Assembly (NCBI GenBank): GCA_904063045.1
Contig: CAJFCJ010000032.1
Coordinates: 62,001-126,000 of the forward strand
Length of the DNA stretch: 64,000 bases
DNA from: Dimorphilus gyrociliatus
Taxonomy: Eukaryota; Animalia; Annelida
Reading direction: 5' to 3'
Part shown: in pieces, positions 1 through 10,943 of the stretch
Position numbering within the stretch: position 1 is the stretch's first letter
Layout: the number at the start of each line of letters is the position of its first letter
Notes under the pieces: model-generated
Told to the model about the DNA's origin: nothing
The model's database searches: none
The model's input: only the letters and a program-made list of their open reading frames with translations
Translations under genes and position numbers: made by a program

Positions 1-633
1 TTTATTGCAAACTTGCGTTCAAAGTTCTTTTTCTTTTCTTTATTCTTCTTTTATTTTTCACTTTCCCCGGACCTATTTGTGTATTTACAGTATGTGCTTT
101 TGAACGTGCATTTGATGTGTGTGTATGTGTGTGTATGTGTATTTAGGCCTCTTTAATTAAATATTCCGTTGAAAAAACACGGAATGCTTTGTATTAAGTT
201 TCGTTTTTCCTTGAAAGAACTTTCTGAATATCGATAATAGTAATAATAATAAGGTATATATTGTATATATACTGTATATATTGTATAAAAAGCTACAGGA
301 ATAACTCAAATAACTGTTTGAATGTATTGACATTAAAAGTAAAAAAAAGAACCATATTGGTATATTGAATAAGAGACAGTTTTTCTTGAAAGTATATTGA
401 TACTGAGTATATACTAATAGTATAATACTATATCCCTTTATTCTGTTGGCATCAATTCTTTGCTTCTAATTCTTCAAAGGGGAAACATACAATTAATTTA
501 TATAAATTATCAATTGAGTTTAGATATCTTCCCTAAGTGATTCCCTTTTTAAAATCTACAAAAGTTAAAGGTTTTCCTAGATTTCTATCTTTTGACAATC
601 AACATGCCTCTAGGAACGTTTATTTAATTGCAG

Positions 634-2479
634 GAGATTTCGAAGCAAGTTCTGCATCGACAGATGGAGCGTTCTGCAATTTATCGGAGGGCGCCTTAGA
701 CAGATATAGGGACTCGTTAGAGGGCGCTTCTATAGCATCTAAAATAACAAGATTTGAAAATTTTTCGAGCCGTAGTTCTCCTGGAAGATGTCCTAAAACT
801 GTGAGGGCAGCGCCACCGCCAACAATTCCGAGGCCAGCCAATCTTCCACCGCCAAATATCTACTACGAGACGACAGTAAAAAAGAAACCACCACCACCAC
901 CACCGCAAGTAGACGACGACGTATTGGAACTGGATAAAGTTCTAAAAGAACTGCAAGAATTTAGCGCTCATTTAGATAAGAACATTCCAGGTAGGTTAAT
1001 TGAAAAAAAGAAAAAAACAAATAGTTGTATTGCCTTGTTTATGAACTAATAGAGCATAACAATACTATGTAAATATATTTAAACTAATCCGATATGTTTA
1101 TTCGTAAAACAAAGATGTGTACTATATTTCTTGAAAAATGGAATGAAAATGATTCTTGTGCATTTCCAGCAGATGCTAAACCGAAGAAAGAGGAAAACTC
1201 ATATACCAACGGAAATCACGATTCGATATTTTCTGAAATTAGCTCTGTAACCTCTTCGCAAGAATCGCTTATTCTCAAAATGAAAGAGCAAAGAGAGTTA
1301 AGGAAAAAGGATGAAGAATTACATACTAAAGAGCAACAACGCCTAGACGAAATAGTCCATATGTTTGAAGAGTACCGCGTAATACTAATTAATTTTATAT
1401 CATTAAAATCTCTTATCCTTTAAAAAACATGTTTTGTATTTTGTTTTTCAGCTGAACGGTAATAATGGAAAGGCCGAGATTTCATATATAACCGATGAAC
1501 ACGATTACGACGAAGTTTTCTCTTACGAACAAGAAATGACTAATAATCAAAACTTACAAGATATCAAAAACTGCAATACAAGTAATACCGATTCAGAGAA
1601 TCAGTTAAATCAGGTAAAAATTGTAAATTTTCAAGAGAAAGGGAGAGAGAGATATAGAGAGAGAAGAGATTGTATAACTACTGTACAAATAACAAACAAA
1701 CAGAAAGAAAATCTTAAAGGTGCATTAAAGAAGACAACGACCGAAAGTGAAGAATCGAGTAATGGCAATGGAGAAATATTTCTTATGAGTGACAGTGAAA
1801 ATTTATATAAAACTGTTAAAAGCTCTCCTAATCAGGTAAAGTCGCTACAAATTAAAAACTATTCCCATTAAACTACTGATAATCTCTGTAGAAAGTTGAA
1901 AAATCTACCAAGAAAGTTAGCATTGAATTAAGCAAGAATAAAGAATCCAATTGTAAATATTCTCCAAAATTTCTCATTAAGAAATATGATGAGAATAAAC
2001 CTTTGAAGATAATAGAGGAAAAACAAAATCGTCCATTAACGAGATATCTACCCGTCCCAGATGGTGAACAATTCGATTTACGTTACCACTTAGAGACTTC
2101 CGGTCATGGTTTATCCGCCGACTTGGCCATTTGCGTCAACAAAACATCCTGCCAAGGCTGGCTGTATAAACTTTCCGAGAGCAGACCCAGACGGTGGCAG
2201 AAACGCTGGTTCGTCTTAGACAGGAATAAGAAGAGATTAGCTTATTACAGTTCTCGTCCAAGAAGTTTATTATCGTCTCCTAGAAATTCTATCAGCTTTG
2301 ATTTAATAGAAGAAGTCTATGTGAGATGCGAACCAGGTCAAAGCTCACCTGGAAGTGCATTTTGCGTAAGAACTAAAAGAAGAACACTGACACTTTGCGC
2401 AGCATCTTCCCAACTCCGAGCAGTTTGGATGGACGCCGTTTTCCTTGGTGGTGCTCACGCCTATCGTTTCGAAGAGTAG
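634..2479 (+). CDS. PHLDB: Pleckstrin homology-like domain family B (LL5-like) protein, 5' end not identified
   Basis: Exons 634-990, 1170(or 1173)-1378, 1452-1613, 1704-1835, 1892-2479, all GT-AG and phase-consistent. Intron 1614-1703 could also be read through in frame. The C-terminus RPLTRYLPVPDGEQFDLRYHLETSGH followed by the PH domain CQGWLYKL...WQKRWFVLDRNKKRLAYY...IEEVY matches the PHLDB1/2 signature. The exon at 634 starts in phase 1 and no usable upstream ATG exon was found in 1-633. Confidence 0.85.
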
Positions 2480-2619
2480 CGAATTTTTTTAAAACATAAC
2501 TGAACTATTGAATTGTCATATAAAAAGAACAAAGTTACTTTTGCTACGTTTACAAAGAAACACTTTTCTATTTACTGAGCAATAAATAATACATGTTTTC
2601 TTTAAAGCTATACATAAAC

Positions 2620-2900
2620 ATATAAATATATATATATATATATATGTATATGTGTGAGTGTGTATACATATACTTGTATGGATATAAGTATATATATATA
2701 TATACATACACACATATATCTATATATAAATATATATTTATACAAATAATTATAAATGTATATACTGTACAAATACATATATATAAATATATATATACAG
2801 TATATACAGTATATATAGAATTCATCATGTGAACCATGTATACTGTATATATATATGCGTATACATATACATAAGTATACTGTATAACAATACTAACTCG
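2620..2900. repeat. Compound (TA)n microsatellite with CA/CAG/CTG interruptions
   Basis: Direct reading of TA-dinucleotide tracts between the convergent PHLDB and HMGB stops, including tandem TATATACAG units at about 2792-2811. It produces the spurious Y/I-rich ORFs in the track. Confidence 0.9.
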
Positions 2901-2974
2901 TACAAGTCTACTATATAGTTTTATACATTTTGAAACTTTATATACTTCTTATACAAAAAGAAAAAACAAGGTAT

Positions 2975-4396
2975 CTAATCATCATCTTCCTCATCATCCA
3001 AATCATCATCATCATCATCGTCTTCCTCCACTCGGCCGTTAGAATTATCGGTTTTAGCTTTCTTTGCTGATGGTCCAGCTGCGGCTCCCTATTTTTCAAA
3101 AAGATCAAATAAATTTATAAATTAAAATCTCCCTTTATACATACCTTATTGTAGGTGGCCATAGCTTCGTTGTACTTTTTTTTCTCTTCCTCAGCCTTCT
3201 TCTCATAGGGTTTCTTCTCAACGTCGGACATGTCTTGCCAAGCTGCTCCAGCAGCCTTGATTAAGTCCTTATGCTCGGAATATTTCGACTTGTTTTCAAC
3301 TCTAAATTCGGCTAAAAAGATAAAGTAGGCGGAACAAGGTCGCTTCGGTTTACTGGGATCTTTCGTCGTTTTCCTTCCTTTATAATTGGACATTTCGCTG
3401 CTGTATCGCTCCTTATCGATTTTCGCTTTGTCCTCAAAAGGTTTCCTTGCCGCTGTCGACAGAGTCTTCCATTCAGCTGAAACTTCCTTTGTAAAATCGG
3501 CAACACGCGTAATACTCTTTCCTTGTCTAGCTAATTCTTCGCGTTTATATTGGGCGAAATAAAAGTAAGCCGAGGTAGGCCTCTTCGGTTTGTTTGGGTC
3601 TTTTTCTCTCGCCGTTCTTCCAGCTCCTTTAGGTCGTCCTATGGAAGAAAAATGAAGTCGGTTAGGTAACATAGGTATTTTTTTTATATAACAAGAAAGT
3701 AGAGGATAGAGGGAGGGGATGGGGGTGGGCTGCGGCGAAAGATTTGTAAAATGACGCTTGTGAAACAAGAGGAGGAAGCGTTGATTACTTTTTTGTCTAA
3801 AAGTAACGGCAGCAACTACGGTCGTAAATCTTGATGATAACAACAGTAATAATAAAAACCGGGTGCTGTTTTATTAACCGTCAACAAGAAAAAAGAGACG
3901 GTTAACTTGTTTTAAAAAAAAAGGCGTCGAATTGTATTTGTCATATTAAATCTATTTCAAATCAAAACCAAATTAGAAAATCTAAAGGTAAGAATTAGAT
4001 TAGTTAGAAGATTGAATAGAAAAAAAGAGGTCATTAGGTCGAGAGCGTCGCTTGAAAAAATGGCGCGTATTTTTAAGTATATACAATAGTTAAAATGGAA
4101 AAAAAGTATTTTACTGGTAAAGAAACGATTGAAAAAGATAATTAAATAAAAGGAATAGGCTTATAAGACGATTTGGTAAGACTACTCTGTGGAAAAAAGG
4201 CTAGAAAAAAATCGAAACTGTGATTTTGTTTATGCAAGTAGGGTAAAAATGGCGCCTAATATATGCTGTATATAGGGAAGCTATATAGCTCTTATACTAT
4301 ACTATATACATTCTATATATTTCTTATACAGAACGAATCTTGAACGTATTTACATTAAATTACAAATGATTAATATATTTAACATCACTAACCCAT
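2975..4396 (-). CDS. HMGB: High mobility group box protein (HMGB, two HMG boxes plus acidic tail), 203 aa
   Basis: Exons 4396-4393 (ATG G only, aaaATGG|gttagt), 3638-3145 and 3088-2975 total 612 nt in frame. Box A is DPNKPKRPTSAYFYF, box B is DPSKPKRPCSAYFIF, and the tail is EEDDDDDDDLDDEEDDD*. Confidence 0.95.
4045..4066. promoter_or_regulatory. 22-bp element GCGTCGCTTGAA-N4-TGGCGC, copy 1 (HMGB intron 1)
   Basis: GCGTCGCTTGAAAAAATGGCGC, 18/22 identical to the copy at 5020-5041 with identical spacing. Confidence 0.5.
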
Positions 4397-4533
4397 TTTA
4401 ATAGACGAGATGATAATTTTCAGGTAAGAAATTCAACGATTTTACTTTCGGCTGTCGGGCGAACAAAGAGAGCGTTTCTAACCGTCGTTTGACCAGCGCG
4501 CCACTCGTTAATATATTCACGTCACATGATAGT

Positions 4534-4543
4534 ACCACGTGGT
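4534..4543. promoter_or_regulatory. Palindromic E-box ACCACGTGGT upstream of the HMGB start
   Basis: Perfect 10-bp palindrome containing CACGTG (Myc/Max/USF class), about 140 bp upstream of the ATG at 4396, in a locally GC-richer island. Confidence 0.5.
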
Positions 4544-5019
4544 CACGCCTAAGGATAAAAAGAGGCTATAAAATTATATTTTCTCCAATTAACTTATCTA
4601 TTTTCAATAAATAAGATTTTTTATTCTTAATTTCAATTTATATCAAACTAAATATTCTTAAAAAAACCACCTAGTTTTTTATATAGACAACTTTTCTAAG
4701 CTTTTCTTCTTTTCCTCTCTCTTTCTGTCTTGCTCTCCTCTTTTCCTTCCTTTATAGAAAAAGAGTTGGTTTTTTTTTATGAACTAAAAATGCTTATAGG
4801 CCTATAACAAGTTAAATTTAATCCTCTAACTTTCTATTATAATTAGGCAGGTGAAAGGTTTTTGTAGCAATTTTCATCTGATAATCTTTCGCCTTATATA
4901 TATATATGTCTCTTCTATATATACGTATAGGTAGCTTTGACTAGGAAAGCGTTCTTCTATAGCAAATATTTACATTTTATTGGCGTCTTGTTTTTTCTTC
5001 CCTCACACCTGTCTATGAG

Positions 5020-5041
5020 GCGTCGCTTGAATTTTTGGCGC
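5020..5041. promoter_or_regulatory. 22-bp element GCGTCGCTTGAA-N4-TGGCGC, copy 2 (upstream of HMGB)
   Basis: GCGTCGCTTGAATTTTTGGCGC contains CTTGAA (CHR-like) and TTTTGGCGC (E2F-like). Confidence 0.5.
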
Positions 5042-5292
5042 AAACGTTTAAAGCGTTTTTTATATTTTTCATTTTTTATTCAGTGAATTTTACGTCAGCA
5101 CAAGTATACATGCAAGAGGGGGCCGCGAGAGAGAAAGAGACTTTGCTTTATCCCTCTCAACCCTCCTCCCTCTCTTCCTCTCTAGTTTTCCCTTCTCTCC
5201 TCAACTCCAACAGATGCCACACGCAAAACTAATAATATAAGAGACTATTCATTATCTCCAAATTAGTTCCATTTCATTATTTCTTAATATAA

Positions 5293-5930
5293 CTAGCTTA
5301 GATTTTCATTAACCGCATTTCTTCTAAATGTAGACCTCTTCTTTGGCGGTTTCTTCCATCTCTTTTCGTAGGGAGTCTTCTTTCTCGATGATACTCTTTT
5401 TAACGTTGCTGCTCGTCTAGAAAACAATTCTTTTACAAGTATAGCAATCTGACGAATAAATATATATATTGTGTATTGAGAACCCACTTAAGACTAGGCA
5501 TCTTTTGAGGTAGTAAAGATGTATTTCTTCTACTCAACCTGATACTTGGCCGCTTTTTTACCGGTGAAAACATCTGATCCAGTTGTGGAGGAGGCTCTAT
5601 AACTTCCGGTGGTTCCTCGAAACCGCTCATCAATCTACTATCTATTTCTAACCTGATAAATTTATCTCTCTCCTCGTTTGTCTTGTGAAGCTTTTCTGGA
5701 TATTTTCGACCTTTACAACCTAATTTACCAGCTAAAGAGAATGTGATAGGGAAAGAGGTTTTTAGCATATTTTATAATTGATATTCATGATTATTGAAAA
5801 TTTAATAAATCAATGCATTGATTAATAATCTTGAATTATTACTTCTTATTTGGGTTTTGTTGCCAATTATGCTTATCTCCCAAAATCTTCCATCTTTGAT
5901 TAGTATAGTTTGTTTATTTTCATCAGCCAT
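5293..5930 (-). CDS. Small protein (151 aa) with N-terminal WGR-like domain and basic C-terminal tail
   Basis: Exons 5930-5843, 5731-5488 and 5416-5293 total 456 nt in frame, GT-AG, with start aaaaATGG. Protein: MADENKQTILIKDGRFWEISIIGNKTQIRTGKLGCKGRKYPEKLHKTNEERDKFIRLEIDSRLMSGF...KRWKKPPKKRSTFRRNAVNENLS. The FWEI-x7-R-x-G-K-x-G-x-K-G...x-x-G-F pattern resembles WGR domains as I recall them; not confirmed by HMM search. Confidence 0.7.
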
Positions 5931-7850
5931 TTTTATTTTCTATATAAAACGTTGTTCAAAGCTAGTGTCATCTAGTGTCAAGTTTGCGAAATACTATTGA
6001 GTATTTAACAAGTTTTAGTAGGCTTTTCCCCTTCAGTTGTACTAAGGAAAGTTAATACTTTTAGTTAAAATGAGCTAATAGGTATGCAAAAAAGTCGATA
6101 GAAAGAGATTAGAATTCTCAGGATTGTATTTGTTTTTAAAATCAAAACAAGAGGAAAAGTTCTCTACTATGCTTCTTCTTCTTCTTCTTCTTCTGCTTCT
6201 TTTAGTGCAAAGTGATTGTGAACTCAATTAGACTTTATCAAAAAGTGTTATGTTAAGCAATCTACTTAATTTCCTACCATAACGCAATGCCAAATCTAAC
6301 TTACTTAGAAAGAAAAGGTTGAAAGTCAAAGTTCAAAGAAGAGAGTGAGAAAGAAATTTAGGCTTAAGAAGCTAGGAGAATTTGTATTTTACTACTTTGT
6401 AGCCTTTTGAAAATGTATTGAAGATGAATGATAAATGGTAGGGTTAACGGATATGCCAAGAAAATTTTGTAAAGGCTGGGAAAGGGACGTGAATGAGTAG
6501 GCTAAAAGAATTGACCTGTAAAATGATGGATGGAGAAGTGTTATATATGCCAAAATGCAAATGAAGAAAAGGAAGAGATTAATGAAAAAGAAGAGAACGT
6601 TTGTTTATATAATTTATTTATGTCAGATCGTTTACAAAGAAAATAAGATATAAGTAAAGAGAAGACGAAACTAAGGACCCAGGATAGAGTATATCGTATA
6701 TAGAGTATATAGTAAAGATAGATGGAGAGATGGGTAGATGGGTAGATAGATAGATAGATAGATGGCTAGATAGATAGAGAAACAGATAGATAAATTTATA
6801 ATAATATAAGAAATAGTCAACTAGATGGCGGTATATTTCAAATTCATATTCAATCTAAAACTATAAACATTAATAATATTTAAGTAGGTTATTTTCTTAT
6901 TTTCTTTTTTTTTATAAATAATTGAATTATTTGCATTTAAATCTCCTAAAAAAAATATATTACTTCCTAAATATTATTTTATAGCAAGAATAGTTTGTGG
7001 ATCAATCTTCCAGAAAGATGGCGTGAGCATCCTGTTTTTAATTGTTAAAGATAAGTCCGTAGATGGCCCATAAGCTGTAGAATAAAGACTTGCAATGGTT
7101 TTATATAATTGAAAGTAATTTCTTAAAAGTTATTTCCTCAATCTTGACTAGATATGAGCTTTAAAGTTAACAAAGTTGAAGTAAACTGTAGTAGAGGGAG
7201 AAGAAGTAGTAGTAGGAGAAATTGAAGAAGGCGAAGAAGAAGGAGAAGTAGGAGAAGAAGAGGAAGAAGAAGGAGGAGAAGAGGAAGAAGAGCGACGTTG
7301 TTGCTGATGATGACGATGGCGTTGTAAAAGTTTTCACAAGATAAATTTGAACTATTCCTCTGAGTGGATGAAATGTCAAAAAATAGAACTGTTCTTTATA
7401 CGAATTAGAGCGAAAGTATTTGTTTTTGAGTAGAAAAAAATCAATGCTATAAGCATCATTAAAGTCATAATACACATTAGCATCCCTGTGAGAGTAGTAA
7501 TTTACACAATAGTTGACTAATGGCCGAATGAAATCAACTTTTTTTTTTGTTTTTAATCGAACATTGTTCTGCAATTTTGCATTTAAGTGAAAGTTTCTCT
7601 GTGTTTTTTCTTTGTGTGTATAATTTTCTATATAAAAAAGAATAACATTTCCCCTTTTTTTCTCTTTATAAACAAAAAAAAGTCAATTAAGAGAGGAAAA
7701 GATGAATAAAATAAATAAATTAAATTCCTGGCGTTTCAGCTTCTTTCGTCTGTTTTTTAAGAAAGAACGAAAAAACTAGAAAATTTCCTCAGACTGTTTA
7801 ATACAATTCGTCGTTGTTTTTCATATTCTTTTACTTTTTTTGTTCAATTT

Positions 7851-10800
7851 CTAATCGAATCGACAAGTTGCCGACATAACGAGAGTTTGCCTGAAGGGAG
7901 CATATGTAAATTGCTGAGTGTTCATAGGATATCTAAAGGTTTCTATTGGCCGGCGTCGACCAAACAGGATAAGAGCCTCTCGTCGAAATTTTGTTCCAGA
8001 GGCGAGGTAGAGAAAGAAATTTATAGAATTGTTTATGTAGAGTATCTGATTAGAAACGGCTTTGGCTATCTCATATCCCTTGTCCTTTAGCCAATACTGC
8101 TTTCCAATATACATGATAAAAGTAGGAGTCATGCATATTATGAATGCTACAGAGACGCTAATACACATAAGAGTCATTTGTGTCATGATGCGGGTCCTAT
8201 GATTACTTATGGACTGTTGCGCGGGAGCCTTATGCCTGTAAGGAAAGAAGAGAAAGAGGTAGAAAAAATATTATTCAATGAAATAGATAAAGTAGATAGA
8301 AGAACACGAAGTGATAAATTATGACTACTTTTTTAACTGAAGATGGCGTTAATTTTTCCCTTTTTTTTTGGAAAAAAAATTGCTTACTTGACAGTTTTTA
8401 GCGTCCAAACGATTAACAAATTACACGTAGCAATGATAAGAAGTGGTAGGATGACAGCGACGACAAATACAAAGTAGGGTCGAACTTTTTTGTTATATTC
8501 CGAAATTCTCGGAGTAGGATTACCGCAAGTTTTGATGATTGTCTTGTTAGATTTCTCGTCCCAGTCAATTTGTAGACCCCTTGTCCAAAAAACTTCAACA
8601 TTTTTCAAAAGTGAAATTATTAACACACTCATGCATACAGTCTTAATTCTTCTGGCGCTGCCGAATGTAGATTTGTCGAAAGGAAAACGAACAGCAAGGA
8701 ACCTAAGACCAGAGAAGGAACAAGTTCTTTTATTCCTTTCTTCGTAGTACTTTCTTCATTTTTGTCAATAATTTTATCAATATGACAAACTTTTAATAAA
8801 AATCAATATGTGATAGACTTTATTTAATTTAAAAAATTACATAATAACTATTATGTAACATGTATTATGAAATTAATAAATTAATTAAAGGAATATGCTG
8901 TTGTTATTGTGTTTCTTTATTAAACAAACTGGTTCCGTCTCTGGCCTGTCTATTGTAAATGCGACTAGAAACCATGTTGCTGTATCATTTACGCTATAAT
9001 GGCAAAATTTTTCAAGTTTGCAGGTTACGGAGTGTAGATTTTTGAAACTAACAATTGCACACGCTTCCAACCATTCTGGTACAATACCAAAAAACAGTAC
9101 CAAAAGATCGGCTGTCGCAATAAAACGTAGGTATAAACTTGTAGAAGTTTGACCCATTCTTTTCCTTCTCATTACCAGTAGTATAATAGTATTGCCGATT
9201 AGGCCTTGATGAACGAATTTTTAAAGATACTTTCTATTGTTTCATCTCATTAAATAATTTATACAATTTCGCCTACAATAACTATATATCTATTTTAAAG
9301 CTGTCTTGGAATAAGGAAGTGTAATTTGTAAAGATATTTTTTATAGCTTGTGTAAAGGAAGAATGTTGTAGGAGGGTGAGGGAATTAAAGAAAAATGTTA
9401 AGATATGAGATACAGGACAGTAAAGAAAGAAAGACTGAAACAAAAAGAGGGGAGAGGACAGAATGGTGGAGAAAGGGGAAAGACGTGGGGGGGGGTTCGA
9501 AGAATTAGAAAAGATGGCATTTTCTAATAAATAATTGAATAAAATTGAAATGAGAATGAAAAGAGAAGGGAAATGGGATAGAATGAAAAAGAGAAATAGA
9601 GAAATTTCTTTAAGTAACCTGTTTATTCCCCTAATACTTTGAAGTAAATAAGAAAAGGAGGAAATCGTATAGGGAAAAATAATGAAAACATTCTAAAAAA
9701 GAATTTGCTTAGTTCAAGAAATTTTCTACGTTTTTCTAATAAGAAATACCAATGAACATATTGTTAATAGATAGAAAAGGAGGAGATTGAAAATGTTGAT
9801 AATTTCGTATAAAAATTATCCTCCTACGCCCGATTTGTACGTAGTTGTTGCATGTATAATTGAATAGGAAAATATCATTAATACGAAATATGAAAGACTA
9901 TAGAATGAAAGTTTATGTAGAGGTAATTTCAATATTGTAAATATGTTAATAATTATTATTACGCTCTAATTGTAAAACAGTCTGTGCTTTCAGCTTAATT
10001 TAGATATGTGAAGGATTATTTAGAATCTATAGAAAAATTGTTTTTTAACCTTTAGAGCTTATCATTTGTTCGACCTATTTAATGTTTACATCAAGTATAT
10101 TTTTCTTGTTCTTTTTACTCTTTTCTCCCCTCTTTCCAAGTAGCTCCAAAATAGAAATTACATGGAATAAATGCACTGAATAACCTGTATAATAATTGAA
10201 ATTCTAATGGATGCATTCAACTTAAGCTGACAAAGTTTGTAGACAAAACCTGTTTTTGAGTATTTTCTTCTCAATAGAAACTAAATAATTAATTTAGAAA
10301 TGATAATTGAAAAGCGTAGAAGGAATGGTGTGATAATTATATAGAGATATATGTAAAAAACTAGAGATAAAAAGTTGAGAAGCCTAAAGAATTCGATGCT
10401 ATTCTTAAGTTGTTTAAATAAGATAATAACTATGGTTATTGTGCTAAAGAATAACATTAAACTACTATCTAAACTAGACAAAAGGAAAACAATACAGTAT
10501 TTATAATTAACGCCTATTCTGTCCTTAATTATTTAATATTTACACCACACTTTAATTGAAGATATCTTTTTTAAAAACGAAGAAAGAGAAAGAAAAATAA
10601 AGAAAAGTAATCTTTTTAATGTTTATCTTTTTCAATCAACTTCTTATCTCAATATTCTCAAAGGTATAAGATAGAAATTACTCTCAAAAGATGCTCTTTC
10701 ACTCTCTAACTCTTCCTAGATTCAACACCCTTTTCAATTTGAATAAATTTTAATTTTTTCTCGTCTTTTATCAATTTGTTATTTATTGTTTATTTTCGTA

Positions 10801-10943
10801 TGACCTAATTATTACAGCGTACTCCTTAAGAATTCTTTCATCTATATGCCTGTGAAGAAGATAATTGGTGCCAAATATTTCCAAAGTTCCCTTGACAAAC
10901 GCTTATCCCAGTCGTCCCGGGTTGTGTTTATACGGCTTTCCAT
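7851..10943 (-). CDS. Rhodopsin-class GPCR, FMRFamide/peptide-receptor-like family, 350 aa
   Basis: Exons 10943-10850, 9204-8946, 8702-8388 and 8235-7851 total 1053 nt in frame. TM1 is LWKYLAPIIFFTG|LIGN, TM2 is YLRFIATADLLVL, TM3 is FTIDR|FLAV, and TM7 is NNSINFFLYLASGTKFR. Introns 1 and 2 are GC-AG; intron 3 is GT-AG. Confidence 0.9.

Noticed and set aside
2516-2837. Overlapping Y/I-rich ORFs (and similar ones at 20681, 27938, 46512, 48816, 62813)
   Set aside because: They are translations of TA microsatellites.
5030-5070. Sm-site-like AATTTTTGG followed by a small hairpin (snRNA or SL RNA?)
   Set aside because: There is no snRNA 5' domain, and the twin element at 4045 has AAAA in place of the U tract.
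5506-5515. 10-nt perfect complement to the let-7 5' end in the WGR mRNA
   Set aside because: It lies in the CDS (codons L-L-P-Q) and is expected by chance across many miRNA families.
7167-7574. 135-aa ORF with an F/S-rich tail
   Set aside because: It is an antisense reading of a (GAA)n-like purine tract, with no motif or splice support.
10281-10481. Hydrophobic ORF as an alternative GPCR first exon
   Set aside because: It has no phase-1 donor, while the 10943-10850 exon gives a proper TM1 with an N-glycosylation site.
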